From Macrostomum lignano (lineage: Eukaryota), in the NCBI GenBank assembly GCA_002269645.1, contig NIVC01000199.1, positions 1 through 64,000 of the forward strand: a DNA stretch of 64,000 nucleotides, read 5' to 3'. How positions within the stretch are numbered: the stretch's first letter is position 1; each line of letters begins with the position of its first letter. The translations under genes and the position numbers were made by a program. The notes under the pieces were generated by a model. It saw only the letters and a program-made list of their open reading frames with translations, ran no database searches and had not been told where the DNA came from. Of the stretch, positions 11,401 to 23,135 are shown piece by piece.

Positions 11401-14083
11401 AACGTTTTCACAACAGAGACGGCAGCTGCGCTCTGCACATCGGCTCCTATTGCGGCCAGGAGGTTGGCGTTCACGCCTTGCTAGAATTCGGCTGCGACCC
11501 GAACGTCACCAATCAGAACGGAGAGACTCCGCTGCACGTGGCAGCCGAGCAGCGGTTCGAGCACATGATCGACCTGCTGGTCGATGCCGAGGGAATCCGG
11601 CTTGATGCGGCTCGAAAGCTGGACAGGCGGACTGCGCTGCACATTGCCGCCAGTCACGGCTGTTGCGACGGCGTGCGAAGACTTCTGGAAGCCGGAGCTG
11701 GCATCGATGTTCGGGATCGGGACGGCAACACACCGGTGTTCCTGGCTGTCCAGAACAACAAGTGAGGATTTAGTTTACCTGATGGGTAGCTACGCTTTGC
11801 ACTTAAGTAGAAGGACGCACCAAAACAAGAGACATCTTGACAACAATTTCCCGCAGACACCGCGTAGTTCACGAGCTGGTCTCTCAGGGCGCTAATTTGA
11901 AGCTGAAGAACAACGGCTTGCAGACTTGCTTGGCATTTGCCATGAAGCAGAGCCAGGATAAAGCCATGATCAAACTGCTTGTTGAGCGCAAGTCCACCAT
12001 GGCTCCTCAGCCTGGCACTAGCAGGCAGGCAGCCGTTCGAGCTACCCGAATTGACAATGCTGCACAGAAGCAACAGTCGATGGCAGGTAGAGATCTGCCT
12101 AATCAGGGTAGATTTTTTATGACCGAGTCGCATAGTAACAAACCTGACCGGCCGAATCTCACACCCAGCAGACAGCTATGGCAGCAACACCCTCAGGTAT
12201 GGCAGTTTCTAACCGATTGTATAAATCGGTTCTGTAGTAGGTTTCGATGAGCTTAATTTATTCACTAGCTAAAGGGGGTTGTGGTAGCCCTGTGGTTTGA
12301 GCGTCGCCTGCGTCGGAGTCCCGACTTGAAAGGTTGGGGGTTCGATTCTCGACCCACTCGGAACAGTTTGTGTCCTTGAGCAAGACACTTAACTCTGCAT
12401 TGCTTCAGTTTACCCAGCTGTAAAATGGGTGCCAGCATTAGCTGGGGTAATTGAGGGTGTGTGTGGCGACCCCCCCCCCAGTCCTTGGACTGAACGCTCA
12501 ATATCTGGGGCTGAGCTGTCGGTTGCACATCTGCCCATTATTAATATTATTATGACTATCAAATCTCATAGCCGCAGACTCGACATCAACAATCGGTCAT
12601 TCCGGAAGAGCCAACAAAGCATCCTCAAGCAGCCCAGCACCCTCAGTACCACCAGCAGAAGCAGCAACAGCAGCAACAACAGCAGCACAGGCTTAGCAAC
12701 GCAAATTACTCGCGCCAACGCGACACGAAAAGCGCCGGTGTTCAAGCAACCCCGGCCGAATCAGACAAAGAAGATGATGATGAAGAGGATGCATACAGCA
12801 TGGACAGCAAAATCCGCGGCTTGTGCATCATCGTGAACAATCAGGATTACTTCAACTCCGACGATTTCAAAGAACGCGCCGGAACAGATCTGGACGAGAG
12901 GCGCTTGGAGCGACTATTTAAATCGTTGCGCTTTCACGTCAAGATATTCAAGAATCTGGACGCCAAGGATATCTACTGGAACCTCAGCAACTATGCCAAG
13001 AGCGATCACAGCGGGTATGACTGTTACGTCTGCTGCATCCTGTCTCACGGCACTCTCGGCGGGATCTACGGAGTTGATGGACGAGTGCAGAAACTGTCCG
13101 ACCTCACCGTGATGCTCAGCAGCACCAATTGTCCGTCGTTGGCCGGCAAGCCAAAACTGTTCTTTATCCAGGTGAGTTTCACAGCTGTACTGGTCTCGGC
13201 AATCCTCTACTTTCGCACGTTTAATTATTTTTCGAAAATAATGACTTGCCCTTAATTACCGCGAGTAAATATTTGAACTCGCGCGAGTGTACGACGTGGT
13301 AGTGTATCGATTTTATGTCTATGTATACTAGTTTGAGGCGGCTATTGGCTATGTCTATGGCCAAAACCTGAAATTGCTCTCTGTTCAAGTTTTGGCCTTA
13401 GACAATCGCTCCCTGTTTCTTGAGCAGCAATGGGCCCATGCTAAGGCCCGGTTCAGGGCTATGCATGGCACATCTAAGGCCCTGTTCGACACCCACCTAG
13501 ATGAGTTTCTGTGGCGCCGTTGCCACCCGCGCAACACCTTCGGCAAAATACTTTTCTGGGTGGTGCACTACTACGATGTTTAGTGCAACCGAACGTGGTA
13601 GCAAACTCGCTCATACCTGAGATGAGTCTCAAAGTCTTGAAGTTGACCGCCTGAACTTCGAAACCCATGCATCTTTAGGCTTGTCGAGGCCGCTGTCTCC
13701 AGCGAGGCGCGCACCATTTCACCGGCGGTCGGCAAGCCAGCGATCGCGACCCGGCCATGATCCCGATGGCCAACCACGAGACGGACGCGCTGTCAGCCGA
13801 CCCAGACCAAGAGTACATCCTGCCTGATCACGGCGACTTCTTGATTGGCTACGCCACGGTGGCTCAGCACATCGCCCAGCGGCACCGGGAGCAGGGCTCC
13901 GTGTACGTGCAGACCCTCTGCGACGTTATCGAACGCGGCAGGCACAAGGAGGACCTGCTCAGTCTGCTCACCAAAGTCAAATACCGCGTGTCGAAGCACG
14001 TGTTCCACAATGAAGACGGCAGTGTGTTCGTTCAGATGCCCGAAGTAAAGGAAACTCTGCGCAAGAAGATCTACTTTAAGTAG
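8462..14083 (+). CDS. Ankyrin-repeat-containing caspase, ~606 aa. Exons 8462-8592, 11417-11761, 11857-12196, 12572-13171, 13679-14083
   Basis: About 4 ankyrin repeats (DGSCALHIGS, NGETPLHVAA, DRRTALHIAA, DGNTPVFLAV), a Q-rich/acidic linker, then caspase p20 (RGLCIIVNN, YDCYVCCILSHG, KPKLFFIQ|ACRG) and p10 (DFLIGYAT, GSVYVQTLC, QMPEVKETLRKKIYF). All introns GT-AG and in phase; spliced length 1821 nt = 607 codons. Confidence 0.9.
8845..11320. repeat. 16-bp minisatellite (gcaccaaggggcttta / gcaccaaggggcgcca)n filling intron 1 of the ankyrin-caspase
   Basis: About 2.5 kb of tandem copies; source of the spurious LAPLGAGAPWCWRPLV ORFs. Confidence 0.97.
12274..12555 (+). mobile_element. tRNA-derived CORE-type SINE, copy 1 (caspase intron 3)
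   Basis: A-box-like tggtttgagcg and B-box ggttcgattc. Segment gtgtccttgagcaagacacttaactc...cagtttacccagctgtaaaatggg resembles the MIR CORE consensus. (tta)n-like tail. Confidence 0.75.
13374..13590 (+). mobile_element. Merlin/ISXO2 (IS1016-like) transposase C-terminal remnant in caspase intron 4
   Basis: WAHAKARFRAMHGTS...FDTHLDEFLWRR resembles the ISXO2-like transposase C-terminus; no DDE core present. Confidence 0.65.
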
Positions 14084-14632
14084 CAACTTAAGCACTTCAT
14101 TTAAAATCTGCTCAACAATTAATAGTCTAGTATACCTTTCAAAATTTCCCAATAATAGCATAGCAAAAGCCTAAACAATTCTTGACAATGAAAGCTATCC
14201 TAGAAACAAAAATTGCCCCGTTAAACTTCTGCAACATTTACGGACCCTTTTGAGGGTGATATCCATGTACAATACAAGCTACTTACAATCAGCTATGTGG
14301 AGCAATAATGAGTAGAAATCGCTATTACATAACGGCTATATGTACATGTATTATATGCATGTATAGACAAAGCTAGCTAAACTGTCTCAGTTCATGTACT
14401 TTTAAAGGACTTATCTAATTCGGTAATGTCAGACTATAAGGGTGTAAAATAAAAACGCACTTCTATCCCAATTTTTATATATTATTCTTCGACTTTTTAG
14501 AGGTTCTCAATAAAAATCCTATGTCTCGGTTGCAGAGAGCATCCATAAGTATTTATTAAAGTAGAATATTGTTTCATCTGGCTGCTATGCCGTTGCGTCA
14601 TTACCAATTTGCTCAGTTTCAGTCACATGTAT

Positions 14633-15186
14633 ACAACAACAACAACAACAAGGTACTGCTCCCGCCGGCCACGCAGTAGCCAGAAAGGGGGGAGCAGTCA
14701 GAAAGCGCGTCTCTGGGCCATTGCCCTCAGGAAGTCGCATCCCCCTGCTTGGTCCGGGGCGCCAGCGTCACTCAGAAGTCGGTCAGGGTATCGCACCGTT
14801 CGCCCTTGGCCTCGCCTCCGCGGTCCCTGCAGCTTGAGCAGCAGCACGTCGTGTAGCGGCTCAGGACAGCGGGCCTCCGACCGGATGACGTGGCCAGCCA
14901 GTCGAAGTCGCCGCCGCGCAGCAGGTCAGAAGGCCGCGTCAGGCGCGCCCTAGTGTAGAGCGCGGCGTTGGTCTCGCTGCCTGGGCCGCTGCGCACTCCG
15001 AAAGCCGCACGCAGCATTGCCGCATGCGCAGCGTCCAGCTGCCTCTCCAAGGCGTCCGTCAGGGTCCAAGTCTCGGCGTTGTACAACAGGACAGTCTCGA
15101 CGACTGCCTGAAACAGCCGAGCCTTGAGACCGTCGTCCAGGGCCTCAGATTGGAGCACGGAGCGCACAGGTCGAAATGCGGCCCAG
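14633..15186 (-). mobile_element. 5'-truncated RTE-type non-LTR retrotransposon remnant with (TTG)n tail
   Basis: KARLFQAVVETVLLYNAETWTLT is an RTE-clade RT C-terminus. After a frameshift it continues RRRRLRLAGHVIRS. Tail is the caa repeat at 14633-14650 on +. Confidence 0.8.
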
Positions 15187-15249
15187 TCACATGTATATAA
15201 ATTTCTTATCATAGCTATTAATATTTATAGAATAGTACATACATTTCTG

Positions 15250-15447
15250 GCCCCATCAGTGACATCTGCGTCAATGAGCCTGACAGTCTTCCTGACCCCA
15301 TCAGTGACATCTGCATCAATGAGCCTGACAGTCTTCCTGACCCCATCAGTGACATCTGCGTCAATGAGCCTACAGTCTTCCTGACCCCATCAGTGACATC
15401 TGCGTCAATGAGCCTGACCGTCTTCCTGACCCCATCAGTGACATCTG
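15250..15447. repeat. 45-bp tandem repeat, ~4 copies
   Basis: ccccatcagtgacatctgcgtcaatgagcctgacagtcttcctga repeated. Confidence 0.9.
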
Positions 15448-15620
15448 AGCAAAAGTCAATTTCGGTTTAATTGTCAAATACTATCGCAGAGCTGCATTTC
15501 TGCACAAATTTCAATGTACATCTTAGCCACATAACACAGACACTCCCTCTACGAAACAAAGGCTTATCACATAGGCATAAGCTTTAACACAGAAGCCCCC
15601 TTTTCATTAGCTAGATGATC

Positions 15621-15629
15621 TCTCTTCCT

Positions 15630-15681
<52 letters not shown>

Positions 15682-16100
15682 TCTCTCCAACACAGACTCT
15701 TTCTGTCTTCAACACAGACTCTCTCTCTCTCCCTCTCTCTCTCTACCACTCTCTCTCTTCAACACAGACTCTCTCTGTCTTCAACACAGACTCTCTCTCT
15801 CTCTCTCTCTCTCCCTCTCTCTCTCTACCTCTCTCTCTCTCTCTCTTCAACACAGACTCTCTCGGTCTTCAACACAGACTCTCTCTCTCTCTCCCTCTCT
15901 CTCTCTACCTCTCTCTCTCTCTTCAACAAAGACTCTCTCTGTCTCCAACACAGACTCTCTCGGTCTTCAACACAGACTCTCTCTCTCTCTTCAACACAGA
16001 CTCTCTCTCTCTCTTCAACACAGACTCTCTCTGTCTTCAACACAGACTCTCTCCGTCTTCAACACAGGCTCTCTCCGTCTTCAACACAGACTCTCTCGTC
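15621..16100. repeat. (CT)n microsatellite interleaved with tcaacacagact units
   Basis: Visible directly. Confidence 0.9.
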
Positions 16101-16423
16101 AACACAGGAAACGTATTTCAACATGTGTCAACGACCGTAAAAAATCAAAATGAGATTGGAATGAAAAACTCAAGCTAATTAACAGATATTTTCTGTATGC
16201 TTGGAACAATAAGTTGCTGGTAGAAACTAACGTACGGGAATGAGATTTAAATTGTTTAGCTGTATTTGCCTTTTAGTATCTTTTTAATAAAAACCAAAGA
16301 TAACCCAATCGATATTGAATAACTGATCGACAACTGAGGATAATTTAGACAACAAACTGGGGGATTGAATTTAGTTAGTTATATAAGTTGTTGATCGGCT
16401 TCAAGCCACACTGATGCATTCGC

Positions 16424-16782
16424 TCAATCGTGCATCGGAAACGTGAACTGGAAGTTCTTGCAGATGCAATGGCAAACACTTCGCTTAGGCGGCCCGGCCA
16501 TGGCGCAGGTCGGCACCCTGTAGCAGGAGAGCCGGCATACATTCTGCCAGTAGAGCTGCGTGTTAACTGCAAGGTGAGGCGAAATCAGATTTATTGAAAG
16601 CTACTGTAAAAGCTATTGAAAGCTACAATGTAGTATAGCAATGTCTTACTCCAGTTGATCGGCCAACGCTTTTTCATCGACAGCTGCGGCACGTCGTTCT
16701 TGCCTTTGGCGCTGTCCGCACCAGTCAGCAGACAAGCCAGCATGGCCATGGCAGCCAGGCAATAGACAGTAGCAGCCTGCAT
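16424..16782 (-). CDS. Secreted 6-cysteine propeptide A (defensin/mytilin-like), 91 aa. Exons 16782-16650 and 16566-16424
   Basis: MQAATVYCLAAMAMLACLLTGADSA (signal) KGKNDVPQLSMKKR | WPINWINTQLYWQNVCRLSCYRVPTCAMAGPPKRSVCHCICKNFQFTFPMHD*. Phase-1 intron with gtaag donor and cag acceptor. TATA-like element ~16873-16878. Confidence 0.8.
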
Positions 16783-18747
16783 GATTGCGTTGCTAGAAAT
16801 TTGGTCAGCGAGTTTTCTACAAAACTGACAAGTCTGGGGCTGAATAAAACTGTCCCCTGGCTTAAGATGTCTTTTATAGACGATGGTCGGGATTTTCACC
16901 AGCCAATCAGAAATTGTCAATGAATTCATCAACGCTTGAAACGTTCAAAGGTTATAAGAGATTAAGGCAAGATGGGAGAAACTCTAAATAAAAAACCAAG
17001 AAATTTCGGGAAATCCTGAAGAACCTGAGTGATCGGGTGGGGTGTTTCATAGATGTTACAATTAGTGACCAGTGATAGTGACAAGCGATAATTTATGAGG
17101 TTACAAGTGCTGCAGAGTTTCGTTTCACAGAATGATTTGCAAATCTAGCGACAAGGTACAAGCTCTCTGAGTAGTGACTCAAAATATGTCTATGGCCAAA
17201 TCAACGGGTGCCTCGCTCGAACCCCCCATCTCGAAAGCTTGCTTAAGATCTATGGTAAGATCTGTCTTACGCAGTCGTCCCGTGTATAGCATAAGATTAA
17301 TCGAAGGGCGTTTCTGAAAGTCATCTTTGTCGCAGCTTTTGTGATTGACAGGTGCTTCTGAATTCCTTGCAGAAGTTGCTCCTTCTTAAGGGTGAAGAAA
17401 TTCCGCACACGCTTGACCATTCTTAGTAAATCCGTGTGTAAAAATGTAACAAGTCCGTACCAAGGCGCAAGTTTACGATCTCACATAAAAAGAGCCAGAA
17501 ACATACGAAGCTATAGTTTCGAGAAACAGCTTCCTCGCATAAGTTTACGCGGTCGTAGATTTGCGCCAAATCTTACGTACGGCCCAGTTGCGAGAACTTT
17601 GATCGCAACGCCTACGCATGACCGACCCAGCTTACGTCTATTGCCAGCGCGTAAGTTGCTTTCGAGAAAGACCCCCAGGACCCTGAATATGCTCTGAAAA
17701 GTGCTCTATGAAACACTCTGTGAAGCACAACAAATCTCTGCACTCTGATCGGGGGTGCCATGCAGACTCCTCGCCTTTCACCAAAGCTCCGACACTCTTG
17801 AATCAGTGTGATACCGATACCGGAATTTTCGGGAAATGAAAAACCTAATGATTATCACAGAGAAAGCGCGGCTTGCAAATTCCGGTTGACCCCCACTGAG
17901 CTCCTGGCTCTGGAAAACTTCAGAGAATGAGCTGAGACACGGCTTCAGTGTTCAGCGGTCACTGTACCAGTGGACTTCATAGTTTCAAGCTTCAACGTAG
18001 CTATACATAGATAGTCAATCCAATCTATTTATAACCATTTTTACCGAATCTTTTCTTCAATCTTCACGTCGATATCCTAGTCTTTTAGTCAGAAATAGTC
18101 GCAAGTCTGCACAAAAACACCTGTAACCAACTGCTTGATTCGTATTCCGTAGACAACGGTGCATATAACTATAGGCCCACGCATACATTTTTATCTCAAC
18201 AAAACACCTGCGAAATCCCTCCTTTACCAGCGAGCCCGCATCAATTTTTATCCAGAGAGAGAGTAATTACCGTGGGCGTCAATTTTCAGCAATTTTCTGT
18301 TGCTTTATTTGCTTCCTCAGTGTCGGGATGTGGGTGACAGCCATTTTTTCACCTAAGCCGCCTCACAATAATGGCCACCCACGGCTTACAGTTTTTCGAC
18401 GCTGAAATCAGTAGGAACAGCCTTTCTAGATTCTTAATTTCGTATGACAAGCTGCTGCTGCTGTAACTTGCTGTAAAAACTAGCACACAAACCTTCCAGA
18501 AGCGCGCTGCAACTTAATTTTATAACCGAACTTTAATTATTCTGTCTTATACTGAATCTCAGCAACTTGCTGTCATATTGGACTTGCGGTATCTTATCTA
18601 CTGTATCATGACTGCAGCTCATATCCATACCGAACCAGTTGTGGGAGCGAATGTTCGTACATACGAGCATATAAGTACCCGAGATTTTGTACAGCCAAAG
18701 GTATGTCTACATTCTGCAACCTGTCTCGCCGTTTGAAAAAGAAAAAA

Positions 18748-20663
18748 ATGGTGAATTTCTGCAACGCATTTCCGTTGCTTATAGCGCTGAGCTGGCATTG
18801 TCGTTCCTGTGCTCTGGGTCAGAAGCTTATCGTGGAAACGGATGACGCAATCTACCGTGGTCGGGTGCTGTCTCTAAACACCCAACAGCCTCAACAGCAA
18901 ACTGTTGCCTTCCTGGGCATTCCATACGCTCAGCCGCCGATCAATGAGCTTCGATTCGCAGCCCCGTTGCCATGGAGACCATCAATTCCCGAAAGAAACT
19001 CGTCGGTCAAAGCCGAGCTAAACGCCACCAGAGCGGGACCGGCCTGCCTGCAGCGATCAGACCAGAGTGGCACCCCTAGCCGCATGTCTGAGGACTGCCT
19101 GTACCTGAATGTACACTCGCCTCCTGGAGTTCAAGGACGTCCTAAACCGGTGCTGGTCTGGCTGCACGGCGGGTTCTTTGAAACCGGTTCAGTCAGCGAC
19201 CCGGACCAGACTGGCACCTGCTTCAGTTGGGATCTGGTAGCAACGTGCCAGAGCATGCTGCTAGTTGAGGCCGCCTACCGGCTGGGAGTGTTTGGCTTCC
19301 TAGCCGAGCCGGAGCCCGCCAACGGCAATGCCGGCCTGAAGGACCAGCAGATGGCGCTGGCCTGGGTTGCTAAAAACATCGTCCACTTTGGCGGTAACAA
19401 TCGCTCAGTGACTCTGGCAGGCCTTGACGCTGGAGCTGCAGCCGTCGGATTTCACATGCTGAGTCCCGGCAGCAGGGACCACTTCCAGAGAGCCGTCTTC
19501 CTTGGCGGCAGCCCCCTTGCAGGCTGGGCTTTCGTTCGAGATCTTCAAGCGCTGCGCACGGCACACGAAGCCTTCTACAGTCTGACAGGCTGCACAGACC
19601 ATGACGAGCTGCTGAATTGCTTGCGCGCTCTTCCAGCGGACGAATTGAACTCTCACCAATCAAAGTTTAATCAGGTATTTGATCGAGTCGAGTTTCCAGT
19701 GATTGTTGATAGCCAGTTTCTACAGTCGGATCCTGTCGAGGCTTTTGAGCGGGGCAATTTCGAGTCAAAAGCAGTCATCATTGGCGTAACCAGTTTGGAA
19801 GGAATTCAGCTAGCCTACAGAGCCCTCGGGGCGTTCAACGTCACGAACCAGTGGAATTTGACCGGCCAAGTTCACTTGGATTTGCTTGCTGAAGCCTTTC
19901 GCTACGTACCCCGTTTTCCAGAGGAGCCGGCGCCTCTGGCCAGCGAGTTTCTGCAGCTGACATTAACTTCCTATCCGGGCGAAAACTTGGGCGCTCGAAA
20001 TTTCCGGCTGCTGACGAGCGCTCTATCGGAGCAGGCGGTGGTGTGCGACTCAAACCGGATGGCCGACCTTCTGCTCCAAGCTGCCAACGGGAGTTCGGAC
20101 ACATTTTTTTACCAACTCGACGAGCCTGATAGCAACACAGATGAGTACCTGGGCGCCGGGCATGGCAAAGACGCCGCCTACTTCACCGGCGAACCACTGC
20201 GACGAGCTGACTATGATACAGAGCAGAAATAATTGTCTAATTCAATGATGGCCATACTGAAAACATTTCTAGACAGTGGGAACGTCACCGTGACTGGTTG
20301 GAAGCCGACCAGTCAACAGGGACTGGAGTTTTACAGATTCAGAGCGGCAAGAAGCGCCGATTACCGCTCGGAGATGGTCAGTGGCGGATTTAAGCGACAG
20401 GACTGCCGCCTGTGGTCTGAAGTCATGCCTCGGCTGAGTGTTGCAACGCCGACTACTTCAGCTGAACCGGACGTTGACACCGAGGCAAAGTTCTGGGAGC
20501 GCTGCAACACAACGATAAACTTGGTGAGCGTCATTGTCAGGGCGTCGGCGGAGGTCTGATCCTGCTTCTGATCGTCTGCGTTGTCATTGTGGCCAGAGAT
20601 CGTTACAGTAGTTCGCACGATTTCATTGAGCTTCATCAGCGTGTCAAACCATTGGGAAAATAG
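18748..20663 (+). CDS. Intronless type-B carboxylesterase/cholinesterase-like protein, predicted non-catalytic and probably type-I membrane. Interrupted by an in-frame TAA (20230-20232) and a 1-nt frameshift near 20495
   Basis: FLGIPYAQPP, SEDCLYLNV, WLHGGFFETGS, YRLGVFGFL, NAGLKDQQMALAWV...FGG. The nucleophile elbow reads GLDAG instead of GxSxG. The frame continues after TAA (LSNSMMAILKTF). The shifted frame gives GVGGGLILLLIVCVVIVA (TM-like) plus a short tail. An upstream in-frame ATG exists at 18703. Confidence 0.8.
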
Positions 20664-20831
20664 CGACTAACAGTAGAATCGGACTATTGTTACTGTTTTA
20701 CTGCACCCGAAGGAGTAGCCATTGGCACGCTTAATTCAAGGTCGCTTTACCTGATAATTTCGTGCAACTTTATACAAAACTCCACCTTGTTGTTTTTTAG
20801 GTCCTGTACGACTTTCAGGTGTGTTTAGAAT

Positions 20832-21145
20832 GCTGCAGCCTAGTGGTTAGAGCGTTGTACTCACGACCTAAAAAGGTCGAGGGTTTGATTCCCGATCCCA
20901 CTAGGAACAATTTGTGTCCTTGAGCAAGACACAACTCTGCATTGCTTCAGTTCACCCAGCTGTAAACTGCTATAGCATTGGGTGCTAGCATTAGCTGAGG
21001 TAATTGAGGGTGTGTCTGGCGACCCCCCCCCAGCCCTTGGACTGAACAGCCGTACGCAGCCTTCAGATGCGCCGCGCAATAGCTGCGGCTGAGCTGATGA
21101 ATGCACATCTGTCCAATGAGCCAGGTGTAATCAAATATTATTATT
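20832..21145 (+). mobile_element. tRNA-derived CORE-type SINE, copy 2
   Basis: Clearly homologous to 12274-12555 (gtgtccttgagcaagacac, gcattagctg.ggtaattgagggtgtgt.tggcgacccccccc). Confidence 0.75.
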
Positions 21146-21929
21146 GGAATGTCGATACTACATGTGGTATATATTATACCTAGAAAAGCTCAACTCGCTA
21201 ATTTATTTTTACGTACTTTTTTGCCTAATTGCAGCGAGAATTTCACTCGTACGTGCCTAAATCAAGGACTTCTAGACTGAGGTAAACTAGTAGTGGTCCT
21301 TGGCCTGAACAGTTTGAAGTGGCCTTTTTAAGTTACTTCTGTCAAAATGCTGGATTGTAGCACTATTTTCACATATTTCGAATGTAAATAACAGTCTTGA
21401 GAAATGGCGATGAATTCTGGAATCTTCGGGGCAATACTGTCCCCAAATTGTGAGCAACCGATAAGCAAGTAAGCCTTGCAGACTGTCCATTATTTTCTGT
21501 GCAATTAAATGCAAATTTCGTTGGCCATTTACTCGACGGAACTGCAGCTGTTCGCTGCAAGTTATCAGCGTTTCGAGGCAATTTTGTAATTTGGTTCTTA
21601 GGCTGTTCAGGCTAGGCGCAGGTGTTTGCACTGCGATAATTGATCCAACAGACATTTTTATGAATTGTGAATACCTCGCTGTTCTGCCTAACGCGCTTTG
21701 TCTTTTGTATTCTGTCTCTGTTTGTAAAAATAATTAATTGCGACTAAATCGCTGCTGATTGAGTCTTCTGTGCAGCAATTATTCTCTTTTTTTAGAAAAA
21801 CATACTCGTAAATTGGAATATCCGAATGGTCTGAATTCTAACTTTGAAATCCTATGCGAGTCCCGAACTTTCGATTATACCTATGTATTTAACCTATTTC
21901 TACAGATATCTTGCCATCGAAAATTTATG

Positions 21930-23135
21930 AGAGTCCCTTGTCTGAGAGTTCCGCATCTGAGTGTCCTGTGTCTCAGAGTCCCGTGTCTGATAGTCCCGTG
22001 TCTGAAATGACTTATGTCTGATAGTCCCGTGTCAGAAATGACTTATGTCTGATAGTCCCGTGAATGAAATGACTTATGTCTGATAGTCCCGTGAATGAAA
22101 TGACTTATGTCTGAGAGTCCCGTGTCTGAAATGTCTTACATGTATGTCTGAGAGTCCCTTGTCTGAAATGTCTTACATGTATGTCTGATAGTACCGTGTC
22201 TGAAATGTCTTACATGTATGTCTGATAGTACCGTGTCTGAAATGTCTTACATGTATGTCTGAGAGTCCCGTGTCTGAAATGTCTTACATGTATGTCTGAT
22301 AGTACCGTGTCTGAAATGTCTTACATGTATGTCTGAGAGTCCCGTGTCTGAAATGTCTTACATGTATGTCTGATAGTACCGTGTCTGAAATGTCTTACAT
22401 GTATGTCTGATAGTACCGTGTCTGAAATGTCTTACATGTATGTCTGAGAGTCCCGTGTCTGAAATGTCTTACATGTATGTCTGATAGTACCGTGTCTGAA
22501 ATGTCTTACATGTATGTCTGATAGTACCGTGTCTGAAATGTCTTACATGTATGTCTGATAGTACCGTGTCTGAAATGTCTTACATGTATGTCTGAGAGTC
22601 CCGTGTCTGAAATGTCTTACATGTATGTCTGATAGTACCGTGTCTGAAATGTCTTACATGTATGTCTGATAGTACCGTGTCTGAAATGTCTTACATGTAT
22701 GTCTGAGAGTCCCGTGTCTGAAATGTCTTACATGTATGTCTGATAGTACCGTGTCTGAAATGTCTTACATGTATGTCTGAGAGTCCCGTGTCTGAAATGT
22801 CTTACATGTATGTCTGATAGTACCGTGTCTGAAATGTCTTACATGTATGTCTGATAGTACCGTGTCTGAAATGTCTTACATGTATGTCTGATAGTACCGT
22901 GTCTGAAATGTCTTACATGTATGTCTGAGAGTCCCGTGTCTGAAATGTCTTACATGTATGTCTGAGAGTCCCGTGTCTGAAATGTCTTACATGTATGTCT
23001 GATAGTACCGTGTCTGAAATGTCTTACATGTATGTCTGATAGTACCGTGTCTGAAATGTCTTACATGTATGTCTGAGAGTCCCGTGTCTGAAATGTCTTA
23101 CATGTATGTCTGAGAGTCCCTTTTCTGAGGGTCCC
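21930..23135. repeat. 37-bp minisatellite (gtctgaaatgtcttacatgtatgtctgatagtaccgt)n
   Basis: Copies start at 22161, 22198 and so on. Confidence 0.95.

Noticed and set aside
12274-12360. tRNA gene
   Set aside because: The A/B boxes continue into a CORE-like body shared with 20832-21145, so this is a SINE head
20230-20232. Programmed stop-codon readthrough in the esterase-like gene
   Set aside because: TAA is the least leaky stop and the window shows other probable assembly errors; no supporting evidence
21287-21655. 122-aa minus-strand ORF
   Set aside because: No start context, splice support or recognisable domain
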